A program made the position numbers and the translations under genes. Positions 1 through 13,205 of a stretch of 64,000 nt of DNA are shown one piece after another. The notes beneath the pieces were generated by a model. The model saw nothing but the letters and a program-made list of their open reading frames with translations, did no database searches and had not been told where the DNA came from. Each line of letters begins with the position of its first letter. Position 1 is the stretch's first letter. Source of the DNA: Macrostomum lignano (lineage: Eukaryota); contig NIVC01000987.1 of the NCBI GenBank assembly GCA_002269645.1, forward strand, positions 46,406-110,405, given 5' to 3'.

Positions 1-44
1 ATTCTGTAATAGTTTAGATATTGGAAGAATCCGAGGCGTCAAGT

Positions 45-1395
45 CACTAAATGATCTGAGGATTAACAGCCCAGTGAAGGATCTGAGGATTACCAGCCCA
101 CTGAAGAATCTGAGGATTACCAGCCCACTGAAGAATCTGAGGATTACCAGCCCACTGAAGAATCTGAGGATTACCAGCCCACTGAAGAATCTGAGGATTA
201 CCAGCCCACTGAAGAATCTGAGGATTAACAGCCCACTGGAGAATCTTAGGATTAACAGCCTACTGGAGAATCTTAGGATTAACAGCCTACTGGAGAATCT
301 GAGGATTAACAGCCCACTGAAGAATCTTAGGATTACCAGCCCACTGGAGAATCTTAGGATTAACAGCCTACTGGAGAATCTGAGGATTAACAGCCCACTG
401 GAGAATCTTAGGATTAACAGCCTACTGGAGAATCTGAGGATTAACAGCCCACTGGAGAATCTTAGGATTATCAGCCTACTGGAGAATCTGAGGGTTAGCA
501 GCCCACTGAAGAATCTTAGGATTACCAGCCCACTGGAGAATCTGAGGATTAACAGCCCACTGGAGAATCTTAGGATTAACAGCCTACTGGAGAATCTGAG
601 GATTAACAGCCCACTGAAGAATCTGAGGATTAACAGCCTACTGGAGAATCTGAGGATTAACAGCCCACTGGAGAATCTTAGGATTAACAGCCTACTGGAG
701 AATCTGAGGATTAACAGCCCACTGAAGAATCTTAGGATTACCAGCCCACTGAAGAATCTTAGGATTACCAGCCCACTGGAGAATCTTAGGATTATCAGCC
801 CACTGGAGAATCTTAGGATTAACAGCCTACTGGAGAATCTGAGGATTAACAGCCCACTGGAGAATCTTAGGATTAACAGCCTACTGGAGAATCTGAGGAT
901 TAACAGCCCACTGGAGAATCTTAGGATTAACAGCCTACTGGAGAATCTGAGGGTTAGCAGCCCACTGAAGGATCTTAGGATTATCAGCCCACTGGAGAAT
1001 CTTTGGATTAACAGCCCACTGGAGAATCTTTGGATTACCAGCCCACTGGAGAATCTTTGGATTAACAGCCTACTGGAGAATCTGAGGGTTAGCAGCCCAC
1101 TGGAGAATCTTTGGATTAACAGCCCACTGGAGAATCTGAGGGTTAGCAGCCCACTGAAGAATCTTAGGATTAACAGCCCACTGGAGAATCTTAGGATTAA
1201 CAGCCCACTGGAGAATCTTAGGATTAACAGCCCACTGAAGAATCTTAGGATTAACAGCCCACTGGAGAATCTTTGGATTATCAGCCCACTGGAGAATCTT
1301 AGGATTAACAGCCCACTGGAGAATCTTAGGATTAACAGCCCACTGGAGAATCTTAGGATTAACAGCCCACTGGAGAATCTGAAGCCAATAGGGCA
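45..1395. repeat. 27-bp minisatellite (CACTGGAGAATCTGAGGATTAACAGCC), about 50 copies
   Basis: Direct inspection; explains ORFs 74..1399 and 1070..1396. Confidence 0.97.
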
Positions 1396-1479
1396 TTAAG
1401 GGTAGCAGGTCACTGAAAGACCAGATAAGTTGCAGACCACTGAATGATCTGACAGGGTAAACGGTAATTTATTACTCAC

Positions 1480-4400
1480 CATGAATATCCAAATTTGACT
1501 TTGCATTCTGATCAAAGTTCTCAACCACACATACTGCCGGATAAGTCTGCGAGTTGAAATTGAAACGTAATTTATAATGTAGACATGCAGTATGAAACAA
1601 ATTATTCTTGAATTAAAAAAAATGACAATATTTTCAAACCTGTGCAGTCTGGGGAATCAAGAACATGATGATTGCAGCTACAATCGGCAACAGACCAGAT
1701 AGATAGAAAGGTACGTCCCATCGGTTTGTAACGTCGTTTATATAGCCTGAATTTTTTTAGATTGTTTGATGCGTCATTTTGTGGTCGATGAGGTGTATTA
1801 AGCATCGGAAATAATACACATCATCGAACACAAAAGGACACGTCAAACATCGTAAATGACACCTCTCATTAGCCACAAAATGACACGTCAGACATCGGAA
1901 ATGACACCTCTCATTAGCCACAAAATGACACGTCAGACATCGGAAATGACACCTCTCATTAACGACAAAATGACACGTCGAACATCGGAAATGACACCTC
2001 TCATTAGCCACAAAATGACACGTCGAACATCGGAAATGACACCTCTCATTAGCGACAAAATGACACGTCAAACATCGGAAATGACACCTCTCATTAGCGA
2101 CAAAATGACACGTCAGACATCGGAAATGACACCTCTCATTAGCCACAAAATGACACGTCGAACATCGGAAATGACACCTCTCATTAGCGACAAAATGACA
2201 CGTCAGACATCGGAAATGACACCTCTCATTAACGACAAAATGACACGTCAGACATCGGAAATGACACCTCTCATTAGCGACAAAATGACACGTCGAACAT
2301 CGTAAATGACACCTCATTAGCCACAAAATGCCACGTCAGACATCGGAAATGACACCTCTCATTAGCCACAAAATGCCACGTCAGACATCGGAAATGACAC
2401 CTCTCATTAGCGACAAAATGACACGTCGAACATCGGAAATGACACCTCTCATTAGCGACAAAATGACACGTCAGACATCGGAAATGACACGTCGAACATC
2501 GGAAATGACACCTCTCATTAGCCACAAAATGCCACGTCAGACATCGGAAATGACACCTCTCATTAGCCACAAAATGCCACGTCAAACATCGGAAATGGCA
2601 CCTCTCATTAGCCACAAAATGCCACGTCAAACATCGTAAATGACACCTCTCATTAGCCACAAAATGACACGTCAAACATCGGAAATGACAGCCAAAACAC
2701 AAGCCACTGAACAACATGCTGCTGCTGGTGCTCACCCGCCAGCAATGGCCCCACAGTGGTTGGCACAGACATTGCCAACAATAGAAATCCAATTGCCTGC
2801 GATGCGCCACTCGGTCCAACTAAATCGAACGCAATCGGTCCCATAAGGCACACCACGGCTCCGTCGCATAGGCCAAATAGTAGGGCCAGCGAGATGAATA
2901 AAACCCGATGGTTACTAGGCGGTAATAAAAGAATGCTAAGTCCCAGGGTGGCGTAAGCTGCCTGTTGCAGATGGACTCTGTTCATGCATTGACTGTCAGC
3001 TAATTTCCCAATAACTAATCGCGCAACGCTGCTTGAAATGTTAATGCAGACTAGCATTATTGCCGCGTCGGATTCAGCTGTGGAAATCGATAGTTGGATT
3101 TGATTATAAACTTCGTTGCTTGTACCGCTGCTATTGTTGTTGCTACTGCCAGAATTTCTAGTCGCTGCAGTGCCGTTGCTTAGAATCTGCTTCAGTTGTT
3201 TGTCCGATGTGATGTTGTATTGTAGGAGAGCTCGCATTTGTAAGAAATTTGGCTGAAAAAAATCGGTAATAGGTCGTACATAACTATGACCGTTGGAAGA
3301 GGCCATAGACAGCTGAGATAGTGGTTGATAGGATGGCTTTAGACAGCTTAGGTGTAGTGGTTGATAGGATGGCTTTAGACAGCTAAGTATAGTGGTTGAT
3401 AAAATGGCCATAGACAGCTGAGATATTGGTTGATAGAATGGCCATAGACAGCTGACATCTTGGTTGATAGAATGGCCATAGACAGCTGAGATATTGGTTG
3501 ATAGAATGGCCATAGACAGCTGAGATTTTGGTTTATAGAATTGCCATAGACAGCTTAGGCACTGGTTGATAGAATGGTCATAGACAGAGGAACAGAAAGA
3601 CAACTTCATGTTGGGTATAAAGGCCATAGACAAACAGAAAAACACTCAGTAACGGGAGCTCATCAGAAAAACGAACGGCACAAAGTAGCCAAACATGGCG
3701 CAAGGACAAGCAACAATCCAAACTAAAAAACCACGACTTCGCCAAATGCTAACGTTGCAAAATTTCGATAGAAACGTGCCAATCCCTGTAACGCTCTCTG
3801 CTAGAGAATTTCTTGGCGACAAGTAGTGATCAAGTTCAGCGTGACGAGCTGGTCGAGTTTGTCTCCAGGTGAGCGCGTAAAGAACCATCAGTAGGGACAT
3901 CCCAGCCAACAGGCGAAACGTGTTGCTAAGCCCGATGCCATCAAGCAGCACGGGTTTCATTATCTTGGTGAGCGGAATTGAGAACACTCCGCTTCCGAGG
4001 GTGACTATGCCGTTAACGAGGCCCATTCGACGCTCAAAATAGTGGCCCAGAATCACCAGGCTCGGCGTGTAGACCAGAGCTGCTCCCGCGCCGAATAGGA
4101 AACTGTGCGTGAACAGCAGCATGGTGATTCGGTCCTGCCTGTCGCAGAAAGAGCTGCCCAGAAGGCCCAGCGCGCAGACTGCGCCACCGACTGCGGCTAC
4201 TGGGCGAATGCCTACCCGGTCGGTGACCACACTGGCTAGAAATGAGAAGAAGAATAAACAGCGAAGGCCGCGGATCCGATCGCGCCTAGGTGGGGAGGGT
4301 CGGTTTGCTAAATTTGAAGTCAGTCAGTCAGTTTGTCAGTTTGTTAGTTTGTTAGTTTGTTAGTTTGTTAGTTTGTTAGTTCGCTACTTAGTCAGTTAGT

Positions 4401-4818
4401 TAAACTCACCAGCCAACGACTTGCTGGCGCTGTAATTAGTGATGAGCCACTCGCTAATTATTCCGAAGCTGTTAATCACCGAGAAGATGGTGCCGTTGGT
4501 GCAGAATGAGGTGAAGCAGACCAGCCAAGCGACGCAGCCTCCATCAGCCGGGTGGAACTCCATTGCCAGATCAAGATTCTGTTCATCAGTTTGGGACAGT
4601 CGCTTTCCTAACGAGTCGCGACTTAAACGATCGATGCTTTTGGACGCTGGCTTGTCGTCTAACTCGGCGGACGGATCTCCATGACTGCTGCTGCTGCCAA
4701 CTTGAGCCGGGTCGATTTGTTCTTTGCTGTTTTTGTTGCTACAGTGATTGTCGAGCGCGTCAACGGGACTGAGACGCTGAAGTTGTATCTGAAATTCGAA
4801 ATGCATTATCGTAACCAT
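1480..4818 (-). CDS. Monocarboxylate transporter (SLC16/MCT family, MCT8/MCT10-like), multi-exon, with two lesions (possible pseudogene or assembly errors); 3' end not resolved
   Basis: Exons read by eye: 4410-4818, 3664-4285, 2736-3252, 1640-1746, 1480-1546. Motifs: DGGCVAWLVCFTSFCTNGTIFSVINSFG (MCT TM1 signature), TDRVGIR, GYFVPFVFL|PNF, GPLLAG|YINDVTNRWDVPFYLSG. Exon phases agree only if 1 nt is missing near 4261, and the donor at 3662-3663 reads AT instead of GT. Confidence 0.85.
1845..2690. repeat. 45-bp minisatellite in an MCT intron
   Basis: Unit AAATGACACCTCTCATTAGCCACAAAATGACACGTCAGACATCGG. Confidence 0.97.
3300..3590. repeat. 34-bp minisatellite in an MCT intron
   Basis: Unit ATGGCCATAGACAGCTGAGATATTGGTTGATAGA. 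Confidence 0.9.
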
Positions 4819-5178
4819 GGCCCTCTCAGGTCATGGATATATGCTAGGCATGGCTATCTCCAGGGAATTCCTATTCTGCTTCTCCAGCTATCTCTCCGAA
4901 GTTTTCGGGCCCAAGAATCTCTGCCAGCTCGTCCCCTACCTAAAGGCTACCGGGTGAGCGACCATCCACCTCCTGGACTCTCCGGAAGGGACACCGCAGG
5001 ACGGTCAAATCGACCTGAGTCAAGTCTTTATGGTCAAGATGACAGTGGACCCGCAACCAGAACGCTTAATAGCGGTGAGCAAGTTCTGCTCTCGCTTCAG
5101 AGCATGCAGCTTTCACAAACTGGAAATTCTACATTTTCGAAGACAGAAAACTCGATAAGCTCGACACTTCGAAAACCG

Positions 5179-5315
5179 CACAACCGGCTAGCGAGAGGCA
5201 TTGCTGCCCATTCCGCCGACACCCCTGAGCAGGCACACAAGCGCGCGGATACGTACGCAGTCATACGCACAGGCACACACTCACACAGGAGTGTACAGCG
5301 GCCCCAAGTTTATCA
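5179..5315 (-). mobile_element. SINE internal fragment
   Basis: Matches the body of the 17193/18959 copies (CCCCTGAGCAGGCACACAAGCGCGCGGATACGTACGCAG...). Confidence 0.8.
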
Positions 5316-5869
5316 AGTGTCTTTTTGATGATAGATTTCACAATAATTCAACTCACAGGCTCAGACTTCGATTCCGTCATGAAGAAAATTGACTGTTAAC
5401 CTTCTTTGTCCCTATCGGAGATCGCCATTCAAAGTTGCTAAAGCGCTGAGGTAGCGAAGACATCCATGCCCATATTAGCTAATATTATTAATCAATTTGC
5501 TGGGTTAAATTTATGAATAATTATTAGTCTATGAGGAAATTTGAACAACCAATCAAATTAGAATGGGTATATAATAATAATGTATTAAAAGTAACTGAAG
5601 TACATTCGCAACTGTGTATTTTTGGATCTCGATGTAATATTGGATTGTAACGTCAATATTTGCATCACAAAGTTGGCATTAACTATACTTATTTGTTAAT
5701 CAGGTAAATAAATATTTTGATTAAACAGTTGCTGATTCCACGTGTACCAAAGTATGTGACTGAATTTACAATATTCGACAAGATCGAATTGCTGGGAAAG
5801 TTTTGCTTGCGGGAGATTGTCTTTGCTGAGTATCTTCTGGGGGAGGTGCTTGAAGCAAATAATTCGCCA

Positions 5870-6180
5870 GCTACAGAGAGGGGGTTGCCAGCTACAGAGG
5901 GGGCCACTGGCTATTGATGGGGGGTCGCCAGCAACAGAAGAAAGTCACCAGCTACAGAAAGGGGTCACCAGCAACAGAAGGGGTCACCAGCTACAGAAAG
6001 GGGTCACCAGCTACAGAAGGGGTCACCAGCTACAGAGGGGCCACTTGCTATTGATGGGGGTCACCAGCAACAGAAGGGGGTCACCAGTAACAGAGGGGGT
6101 CACAAGCTACAGAGGGGCACTAGCTACAGAGGGGGTCACTAGCTACAGAGGGGGTCACTAGCTACAGAGATGGGCACCCA
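5870..6180. repeat. About 20-bp minisatellite (GGGGTCACCAGCTACAGAG)
   Basis: Direct inspection. Confidence 0.9.
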
Positions 6181-6480
6181 CAAAAATGCATTAGCTAGAT
6201 TTATTCACAATCTGTACTTTTGAAGGTCATTTGAAACTTTATCCGAAGTACATGTGTACTTTTAGCCCAAGGTAGGTTCAATATTTAATCAAAATTTACG
6301 AAACAAGAAAAAAACATAATTTACGAATATTTTCTCTTTAACGAATTGTTTCTTCTAAACACAACTTAAGCGTTTTGGAAGTTCAAGACAGTTAAATATA
6401 TTGTCAAACCAGCCTTCAAAAATTGTCACAATGGGATACTGCGCTATGTCGCTTTATTTGCTTTTTTTAACATTTGAAGT

Positions 6481-9400
6481 TCACTTCACAATGGCGTACA
6501 TCACCCAGTAGATGACGTTAAACAGTAAGAAACTGAGCGGAAACAACCGTCTAGCGATTTTATCAATTTTGCTGGCTCGGCTGACCATAACGACAGGCGG
6601 AATTCTCGAATAGTTTTCGATTCGACCGGACAGTTGCTGTGGTTGACTCAAAATGTCAGTTAACTTTGCTGATCGCTCATTAGTGATTGGGCACTTGTGA
6701 TTGAGTGAGTCTGCTCTGCTCATGGGGGACTGGAATTGGGAGGAGGGTTTTGTCAGCATGAAATTTGATCCTGACAGTCCCAATCCCGATCCTGATAGTC
6801 CCGATCCCGACCCTGACAGTCCTAATCCCGATCCTGACATTCCCGATCCTGATCCTGACAGTCTCGATCCTGACAGTCCCGATCCCGATCCTGACAGTCC
6901 CAATCCCGATCCTAACAGTCCCGATCCTGACAGTCCCGATCCCGATCCTAACAGTCCCAATTCCGGTCCTGACACTTCCGATCCTTCATAAAGTCCCAGT
7001 CCCGATCTTTACAGTCCCGACCCATTTATTTATTTTTTAATTCTGGATCTGACCATTCCTACCTAGACACGAATTTTCATCTGTATTCATGCTAAACTAT
7101 ACTCGCGTATACTACTACAACAATTAAATATAAGTAGTCAGAAACGAAAATTTTTACAGAAAAAGAAAACTTACAAAGCCACTAGTGGAGGCTTCGGGTT
7201 CAATGCTGACACTGCAGCAGCTGCTACTTTGATAGAAATTGTCTTGTATCCTTGCAGCCTTCAACACTGACACTGTCGGTTGCTGCTGCTGCTGCTGTTG
7301 CTCATGTAATTTTTGCTGTTCTGTCTGCTTTCGCAACTGCAATCTGCGCTGTTCGTTCGTGTCTTTCCTACTGTAAACATTGACAACGGCGAATTCTAAC
7401 AGCGAGGCGAACACAAATATGAGACAGACACTCATCCACACGTCGATGGCCTTGATGTAGGAGACTCTGGGGAGGGATTGACCAGCTCCTGACGACTGCG
7501 TTGTCATGGTGAGCACTGCCAAGGGAAAAGGGATTGTATTTTTAGGATGGGATCATTTCACCTCTATCAGTCGGTTAGAAGACAGGGTGACTAGAAGACA
7601 GACTGACTAAAAGACAGAGTGACTAGAATTCAGACTGACTAGAATTCAGAGTGGCTTGAAGATAGGGACTAGAATTCAGGGTGACTAGTATTCAGAGTGA
7701 CTAAAAGACAGAGTGACTAGAAGACAGAGTGACTAGAAGACAGTGTGACTAGAATTCAGACTGACTAGAATTCAGAGTGGCTTGAAGATAGGGACTAGAA
7801 TTCAGGGTGACTAGTATTCAGAGTGACTAAAAGACAGAGTGACTAGAAGACAGAGTGACTAGAAGACAGTGTGACTAGAAGACAGAGTGACTAGAAGACA
7901 GAGTGACTAGAAAAAACAGTGACTAGAAGACAGAGTGAATAGACGACAGAGTAACTAGAAGACACAGTGACTAGAAGACCGAGTGACTAGAAGACAGAGT
8001 GACTAGATAACAGAGTGACTAGAATTCAGAGTGACTAGATAAAAGAGTGACTAGAAGCAGAGTGACTAGATAACAGAGTGACTAGAAGGCATCTCAGTGC
8101 CTAGAAGACAGAGTGACTAGAATTCAGAGTGACTAGAAGGCAGAGTGCCTTGAAGACAGAGTGACTATAATACAGAGTGACTATAATACAGAGTGACTAG
8201 ATAACAGTGACTAGAAGGCAGAGTGCCTAGAAGACAGAGTGACTAGAATTCAGAGTGACTAGAAGACAGAATGACTAAAAGTTTCTAAGAATGTATTTTA
8301 CAAAAGTCACATTTTCAAAACTAATTTCCTTTTTCGAAAGATTGAAAAAAGAGCTCAAGCTACAGTTTCTTGAAAAATTTTTGTGCTCATAGACTGGGTC
8401 ATCAGCAGTTCCAGGCCCTCACCTGTGAGCAGTCCAAGACTGACCCTGGCCGGTATCGCTTCGGTGTTAATCCAGAATGCAACCCAGCTGAGAATGACTA
8501 TGAGCACAGTTGGTATGTACACCTGTGGGAAATTGAATAAGAGTATATTTTATCATCTAATTATTCTTAATCAAATTTTTCCCCTAGGCTGCCTCTGAGA
8601 GTGTTGCTCACTTGGATAATAAAATAACCGATGTCTCGTCGCAGAATGAAGTCCACCTGCAGGCAGGGATAACTCCCAGTAGTGTAGTTCTTTGAGCAAT
8701 CTCTGGTTGGGTAGCCGATGAGTACAAACTGTGGCATGCTGAGTTCGTCAGTAGATTCTACGGACTTGTTCACCAGCCACTTGAATACCACCGTTTTCAT
8801 GGTGTGACCGACTGCCGAGCGGAGGTTTTGGTGGGATGGTTGAGAGTAAGATTTGTGAGGGTGAGATCGGTGAGAGTGAGATAAGTGAGATTGAGATGGG
8901 TGAGAGTGAGATAGATAAGAGTGAGATGGAAGAGTGGGATGGGTGAGACTGAGATGGGTGAGAGTAGTGAAATGGGAGAGGGTGAGATTGATGAGAGTGA
9001 GATTTTTAAGGGTTAAGATGGTTGAGAGTGAGATGGGTGAGAGTGATTTGGGTGAGATTGAGATGGGTGAGAGTGAGATTTTTTAGGGTGAGATAAGCGA
9101 GAGTGAGATGGGGGTGAGAGTAGTGAAATGGGTGAGGGTGAGCTGGGCGAGAGTAAGATTTGTGAGGGTGAGATGGGTGAGAGTGAGATGAAGAGAGTGA
9201 GATAGCTGAGAGTGAGATGGGTGCTGAGAGTGAGATTGGTGAGAGTGAGATTTTTGAGGGTGAAATGGGTGAGAGTGATTTGGGTGAGAGTGAGATTTTT
9301 TAGGGTGAGATAAGTGAGTGAGAGGGGCGTGAGAGTAGTGAAATGGGTGAGGGTGAGATGGGCGAGAGTAAGATTTGTGAGGGTGAGATGGGTGAGAGTG

Positions 9401-10937
9401 AGATGAAGAGAGTGAGATAGCTGAGAGTGAGATGGGTGAGAGTGAGATGGGGGAGAATAAGATTGATGAGAGTGTGAGAGATGCCTGAGATGGAGTTGGG
9501 TGAGCAACTAGTATCAATTAAAAATTCACACCAAGGTCAAACCAGAGCCAATCAATTACGCTCACAGCTCTCCAGCATCATGGGGCAGATTTGCGTGTCC
9601 AGCGGATATTTCTGCAGCTGCATCATGCAGGACAAGGTGGCTGAGATTCTGCAAATTCAATTTGAAGAATGCTGGAGTGAAGCGGCGTAGCGTGTGACTG
9701 CTCAAGACAAGAGCAGCTTTTGCGGAAGACACTTTACAATACGCAACTAATGAAAACCCGATCGCTTCTGGAGAGAAACTCACTTCATCACGTACCACAG
9801 CTTCCCGCTCGGGTAGAGATTGATGAAGCGATTCGGAATGGTCACGTGATGAAAGTCGGCTTTCTTCTCGTTTCTGCTTTTTGAAAGGAATGATTTTAGG
9901 CGATAGCGTTGATTTAGAACTAAGCTGGTTACTAAAACTATTCGTAAATCGTTCAGAAAATGCATTAGCGGGATCGGAAGTCTTCAGTTTTTTTCAGCAA
10001 TAAATTCTCAATACTGTCATCCCTGGACTTCCGAATTCCAAATGAAGAAAGTGTGTGTTTACTTCGAGGTGCTGCCAAGAAAGTGTACATCTCCTGAAGA
10101 TTTGAAAGTCAAGGCCGCTGTACACCCTACATGAGAGGGACTAGAAGACAGGGTGACAGTGCTAGTTACCCTGTCTTGTAGTCACTCTGTCTTGTAGTCA
10201 CTCTGTCTTGTAGTCACTCTGTCTTGTAGTCACTCTGTCTTTTAGTCACTCTGTCTTGTAGTCACCCTGTCTTCTAGTCACTCTGTCTTGTAGTCACCCT
10301 GTCTTCTAGTCACTGTCTTGTAGTCACTCTGTCTTGTCTTTTTGTCAGGGTGCAGCCCTCCTTTAATAACTTGCTGATATTTGAACAGAAAACTTAGTTT
10401 CATTCACTCAAGCACAATTAGGGTTACTGAAAAGTCCAGAAAGAAAAATATTGCTTTTCTAAATCGTCTAAATCTCCGAAAGATATTTTTAAACTCCATT
10501 TTAGCATTGCTAAGATACAAATGATAAAGCCTCGTTTTCGTATAGCTACCCGGAGGGGGGCGAAATGGCTAGTCCACATGTACTAAAAAGGTTCAAATCG
10601 ATGTTTTAAACTGGCGCGACCTGAAAAACACGTCCGGCACCCAGAGCTTCTCCCAGATCTTGTCCTCCAGCTTGACGCAGTCTTTGTTTCGTCCGATTTC
10701 AGACTTGTTGTACTGTAGTCTGGGGTCGAACCACTCCTGACGTAGATAGATGTTCACGGAGTAGTCCTGGAAGTTTTGAGTTTGAGACAGATTTTTAAAA
10801 GGCCATTTAAAAAGGCGTTAAGCATTGGCTTAATCATTTTTTTTCAAAATGTAAAAATAAGACATTTACCATTGTCTGCTCACTGATAGAGTAAAAGCTA
10901 TTGATGTAGATGCCAAGTTGCACTGTTGTTGGCTTGT
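6481..10937 (-). CDS. Cys-loop ligand-gated chloride channel subunit (GluCl/glycine-receptor-like); 5' exon(s) not resolved
   Basis: Exons 10870-10937, 10621-10766, 9784-9873, 9566-9648, 8612-8811, 8423-8522, 7175-7515 and 6481-6729 are all GT-AG with consistent phases. Motifs: [23 protein letters not shown], Cys-loop [15 protein letters not shown] (C-x13-C), loop [15 protein letters not shown]2 [17 protein letters not shown] (anion-selective PAR motif), [11 protein letters not shown]4 [14 protein letters not shown]. Confidence 0.93.
6770..7020. repeat. CCCGATCCTGACAGT minisatellite in a Cys-loop gene intron
   Basis: Direct inspection; source of the spurious Gly/Ser and Pro/Asp ORFs. Confidence 0.9.
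7585..8275 (+). repeat. 16-bp satellite GACTAGAAGACAGAGT, array A
   Basis: About 40 copies with a higher-order duplication of about 127 bp. Confidence 0.95.
8835..9500. repeat. GAGTGAGATGGGTGA-type minisatellite
   Basis: Direct inspection; intron between exons 8612-8811 and 9566-9648. Confidence 0.9.
10165..10335 (-). repeat. Same 16-bp satellite in inverted orientation, array B
   Basis: AGTCACTCTGTCTTGT units; a short oppositely oriented unit at 10138-10155. Confidence 0.93.
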
Positions 10938-11639
10938 CTGCAACATAATACATTTTCGTACTAAATATTATCTAATTAATCATTTTAGCAGGCAAGTGAA
11001 AATAAAGATGCTATTATTTGTTCGTTAGTTTCTTGGAACACTTTTTGAAGGCCTGGTTTTTACATGATTGACTACTTATGACTAATTATAAAACTCGGCT
11101 TCAAAATCTTTCCAGGAAACATAGTACTCGCCCTTCTTTGTACTTTTATTAATCCATGATTTTTCAAAGCTTTTGAATGCCAATTAATCACAAAAGCGAA
11201 GGTGCTTTATGACTTAATCAGTAATCTAAGCTTACAACATAGCGGTACTACCCATAACACAAGTAATCGATGAGATTAATCTATAAAAAAAGTTCATTAA
11301 CCAACAACCTCATTCTTTGTCTATACACGTTTATCTAGCATTTTAGCATCTACTAGTAGTGCTTAACCGTTTCCTGTAGTTTGATCCTCGCTCGAGGATT
11401 CTATAAAGCTTGCCAGACAATATCCGGCTTCGCTGAGAGACCTTATATCAACTAATTATAGTACTAAGTATATATATATGGTCGAAGGCATTTATAACCC
11501 AAGGTGCGTCAGTTAGTGCATAGAGAAATATGGTAATCACATAAATTTTACTGCGGAATTTTCAAGGTATTATAAAATAGGAGTCAATATGAAACACATT
11601 GGAGCGAATGATATTGGATATAGGTTAATATTTAGAGGG

Positions 11640-12250
11640 GGGGTTATAGGAAAAAAATAGGGATAAAATGAGGATATTTGGGAAGAGGAAATGACGAGAG
11701 TTAGAGAGGATTGTAAGAGTATTATAGAAACTGGAGAAGAGAGAGCAGATGGAAGAGGAGATAGAGTAGATGAGAGAGGGGGAGAGAGTAGATAGAAGAG
11801 GGAAGAGAGTAGATTGAAAAGGGGAAGAATAGATGAAAGAGGAGAGAGAGTAGATGTAAGAGGGGAGAGTAGATGAGAGAAGAGAGAGAGTAGATGCGAG
11901 AGGGAGAGAGTAGATGCGAGAGGGAGAGAGTAGATGGGGAGGGAAGGGGGAAGATAGGAAGGGAGAGAGTAGATGGAGAGGGAAGGGAGAAGATAGGAAG
12001 GGAGAGAGTAGATGGAGAGGGGAAAGAGTAGATGCGAGAGGAAGAGAGTAGATGGGAGAGGAAAGAGAGAGTAGATGGGAGAAGGGATCAAGAGAGTAGA
12101 TGAGAGAAGGAGAGAGTAGATGAGAGAAGGGAGAGAGTAGATGAGAGAAGAGAGAGAGTAGATGAGAGAAGAGAGAGAGTAGATGAGAGAAGAGAGAGAG
12201 TAAATAGGAGAGGAGATAAGTAGATGGGAGAGAGGAGAAAGTAGTTGCGA
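11640..12250. repeat. Polypurine GAGAGTAGATG low-complexity array
   Basis: Direct inspection. Confidence 0.9.
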
Positions 12251-12859
12251 GACAGCCGGGGATTCAGGAATAGTGTGAGCAGCTGAAAATGAATACCTCC
12301 AAGTACACTGATATAAAATTTAAAAAATAGAGATTAAAGTATTGACAGAATTGTAGAATGAGCCTACTGAAACGTAGGGAGAGTGAGAGAGAGAGAATTG
12401 GGATTATCGCGTCACCAGCAGCCTGGGGGCAAGAAAATGGAAAAGTGGAATGAAGGAAATGAAGGCGGCGGTATAGGCGGGGGGGGGGTCCAGTACACAC
12501 TCACACACAAGATCGAGTGGTTCCGTATAACAGACAGGAAGGCTTATTAATAGAAGAAGTATACAGTATACTAGACGTCATGTGATACATGTGTGTCATT
12601 TGGATCCGCTCCAATCTGCAAATGGGCTCCTCATAACCTTCGCTAAGTAATCCGTTTTGTTCGACATAGGGCTGGGATGAGGACAAGAACAAGGAAAGGG
12701 CGAATCCAGCTGAGCGTGACGAAAAAATGCTGGCCTGCTGGGTTCGGGATGGAGCGAAGGCCCGGAAACCACTTTTTTTATTTGTCTTTTCTTATTTTAT
12801 TTCAGATTTATTATTAAGGCTCTTATCTCGCTGCTTGCCTGTTGTCACTTTCACTCTGC

Positions 12860-13205
12860 CTTCTAGTCACTCTGTCTTCTAGTCACTCTGCCTTCTAGTC
12901 ACTCTGTTTTCTAGTCACTCTGTTTTCTAGTCACTCTGTTTTCTAGTCACTCTGTTTTCTAGTCACTCTGTTTTCTAGTCACTCTGTTTTCTAGTCACTC
13001 TGTTTTCTAGTCACTCTGTTTTCTAGTCACTCTTTCTTCTAGTCACACTTTCTTCTAGTCACTCTGAATTCTAGTCACTCTGAATTCTAGTCACTCTGAA
13101 TTCTAGTCACTCTGAATTCTAGTCACTCTTAAGTCTAGTCACTCTTAATTCTAGTCACTCTGAATTCTTGTCACTCTGAATTCTTGTCACTCTGAATATT
13201 GTCAC
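12860..13205 (-). repeat. 16-bp satellite, inverted orientation, array C
   Basis: CTAGTCACTCTGTTTT / CTAGTCACTCTGAATT units. Confidence 0.93.

Noticed and set aside
74-1399. 441-aa ORF with an LRR-like look (LENLRINSP)n
   Set aside because: It is a translation of a 27-bp (multiple of 3) satellite lying where the MCT intron should be; it starts at a GTG and has no unique sequence.
1845-2690. CRISPR-like regular repeats here and at 37700, 38920, 53146 and 59628
   Set aside because: Units are contiguous tandem copies with no unique spacers and no cas genes; the context is eukaryotic.
3660-3665. AT-starting intron as a U12 (AT-AC) intron
   Set aside because: The donor is ATGAGC, not ATATCCT, and the acceptor is CAG, not AC.
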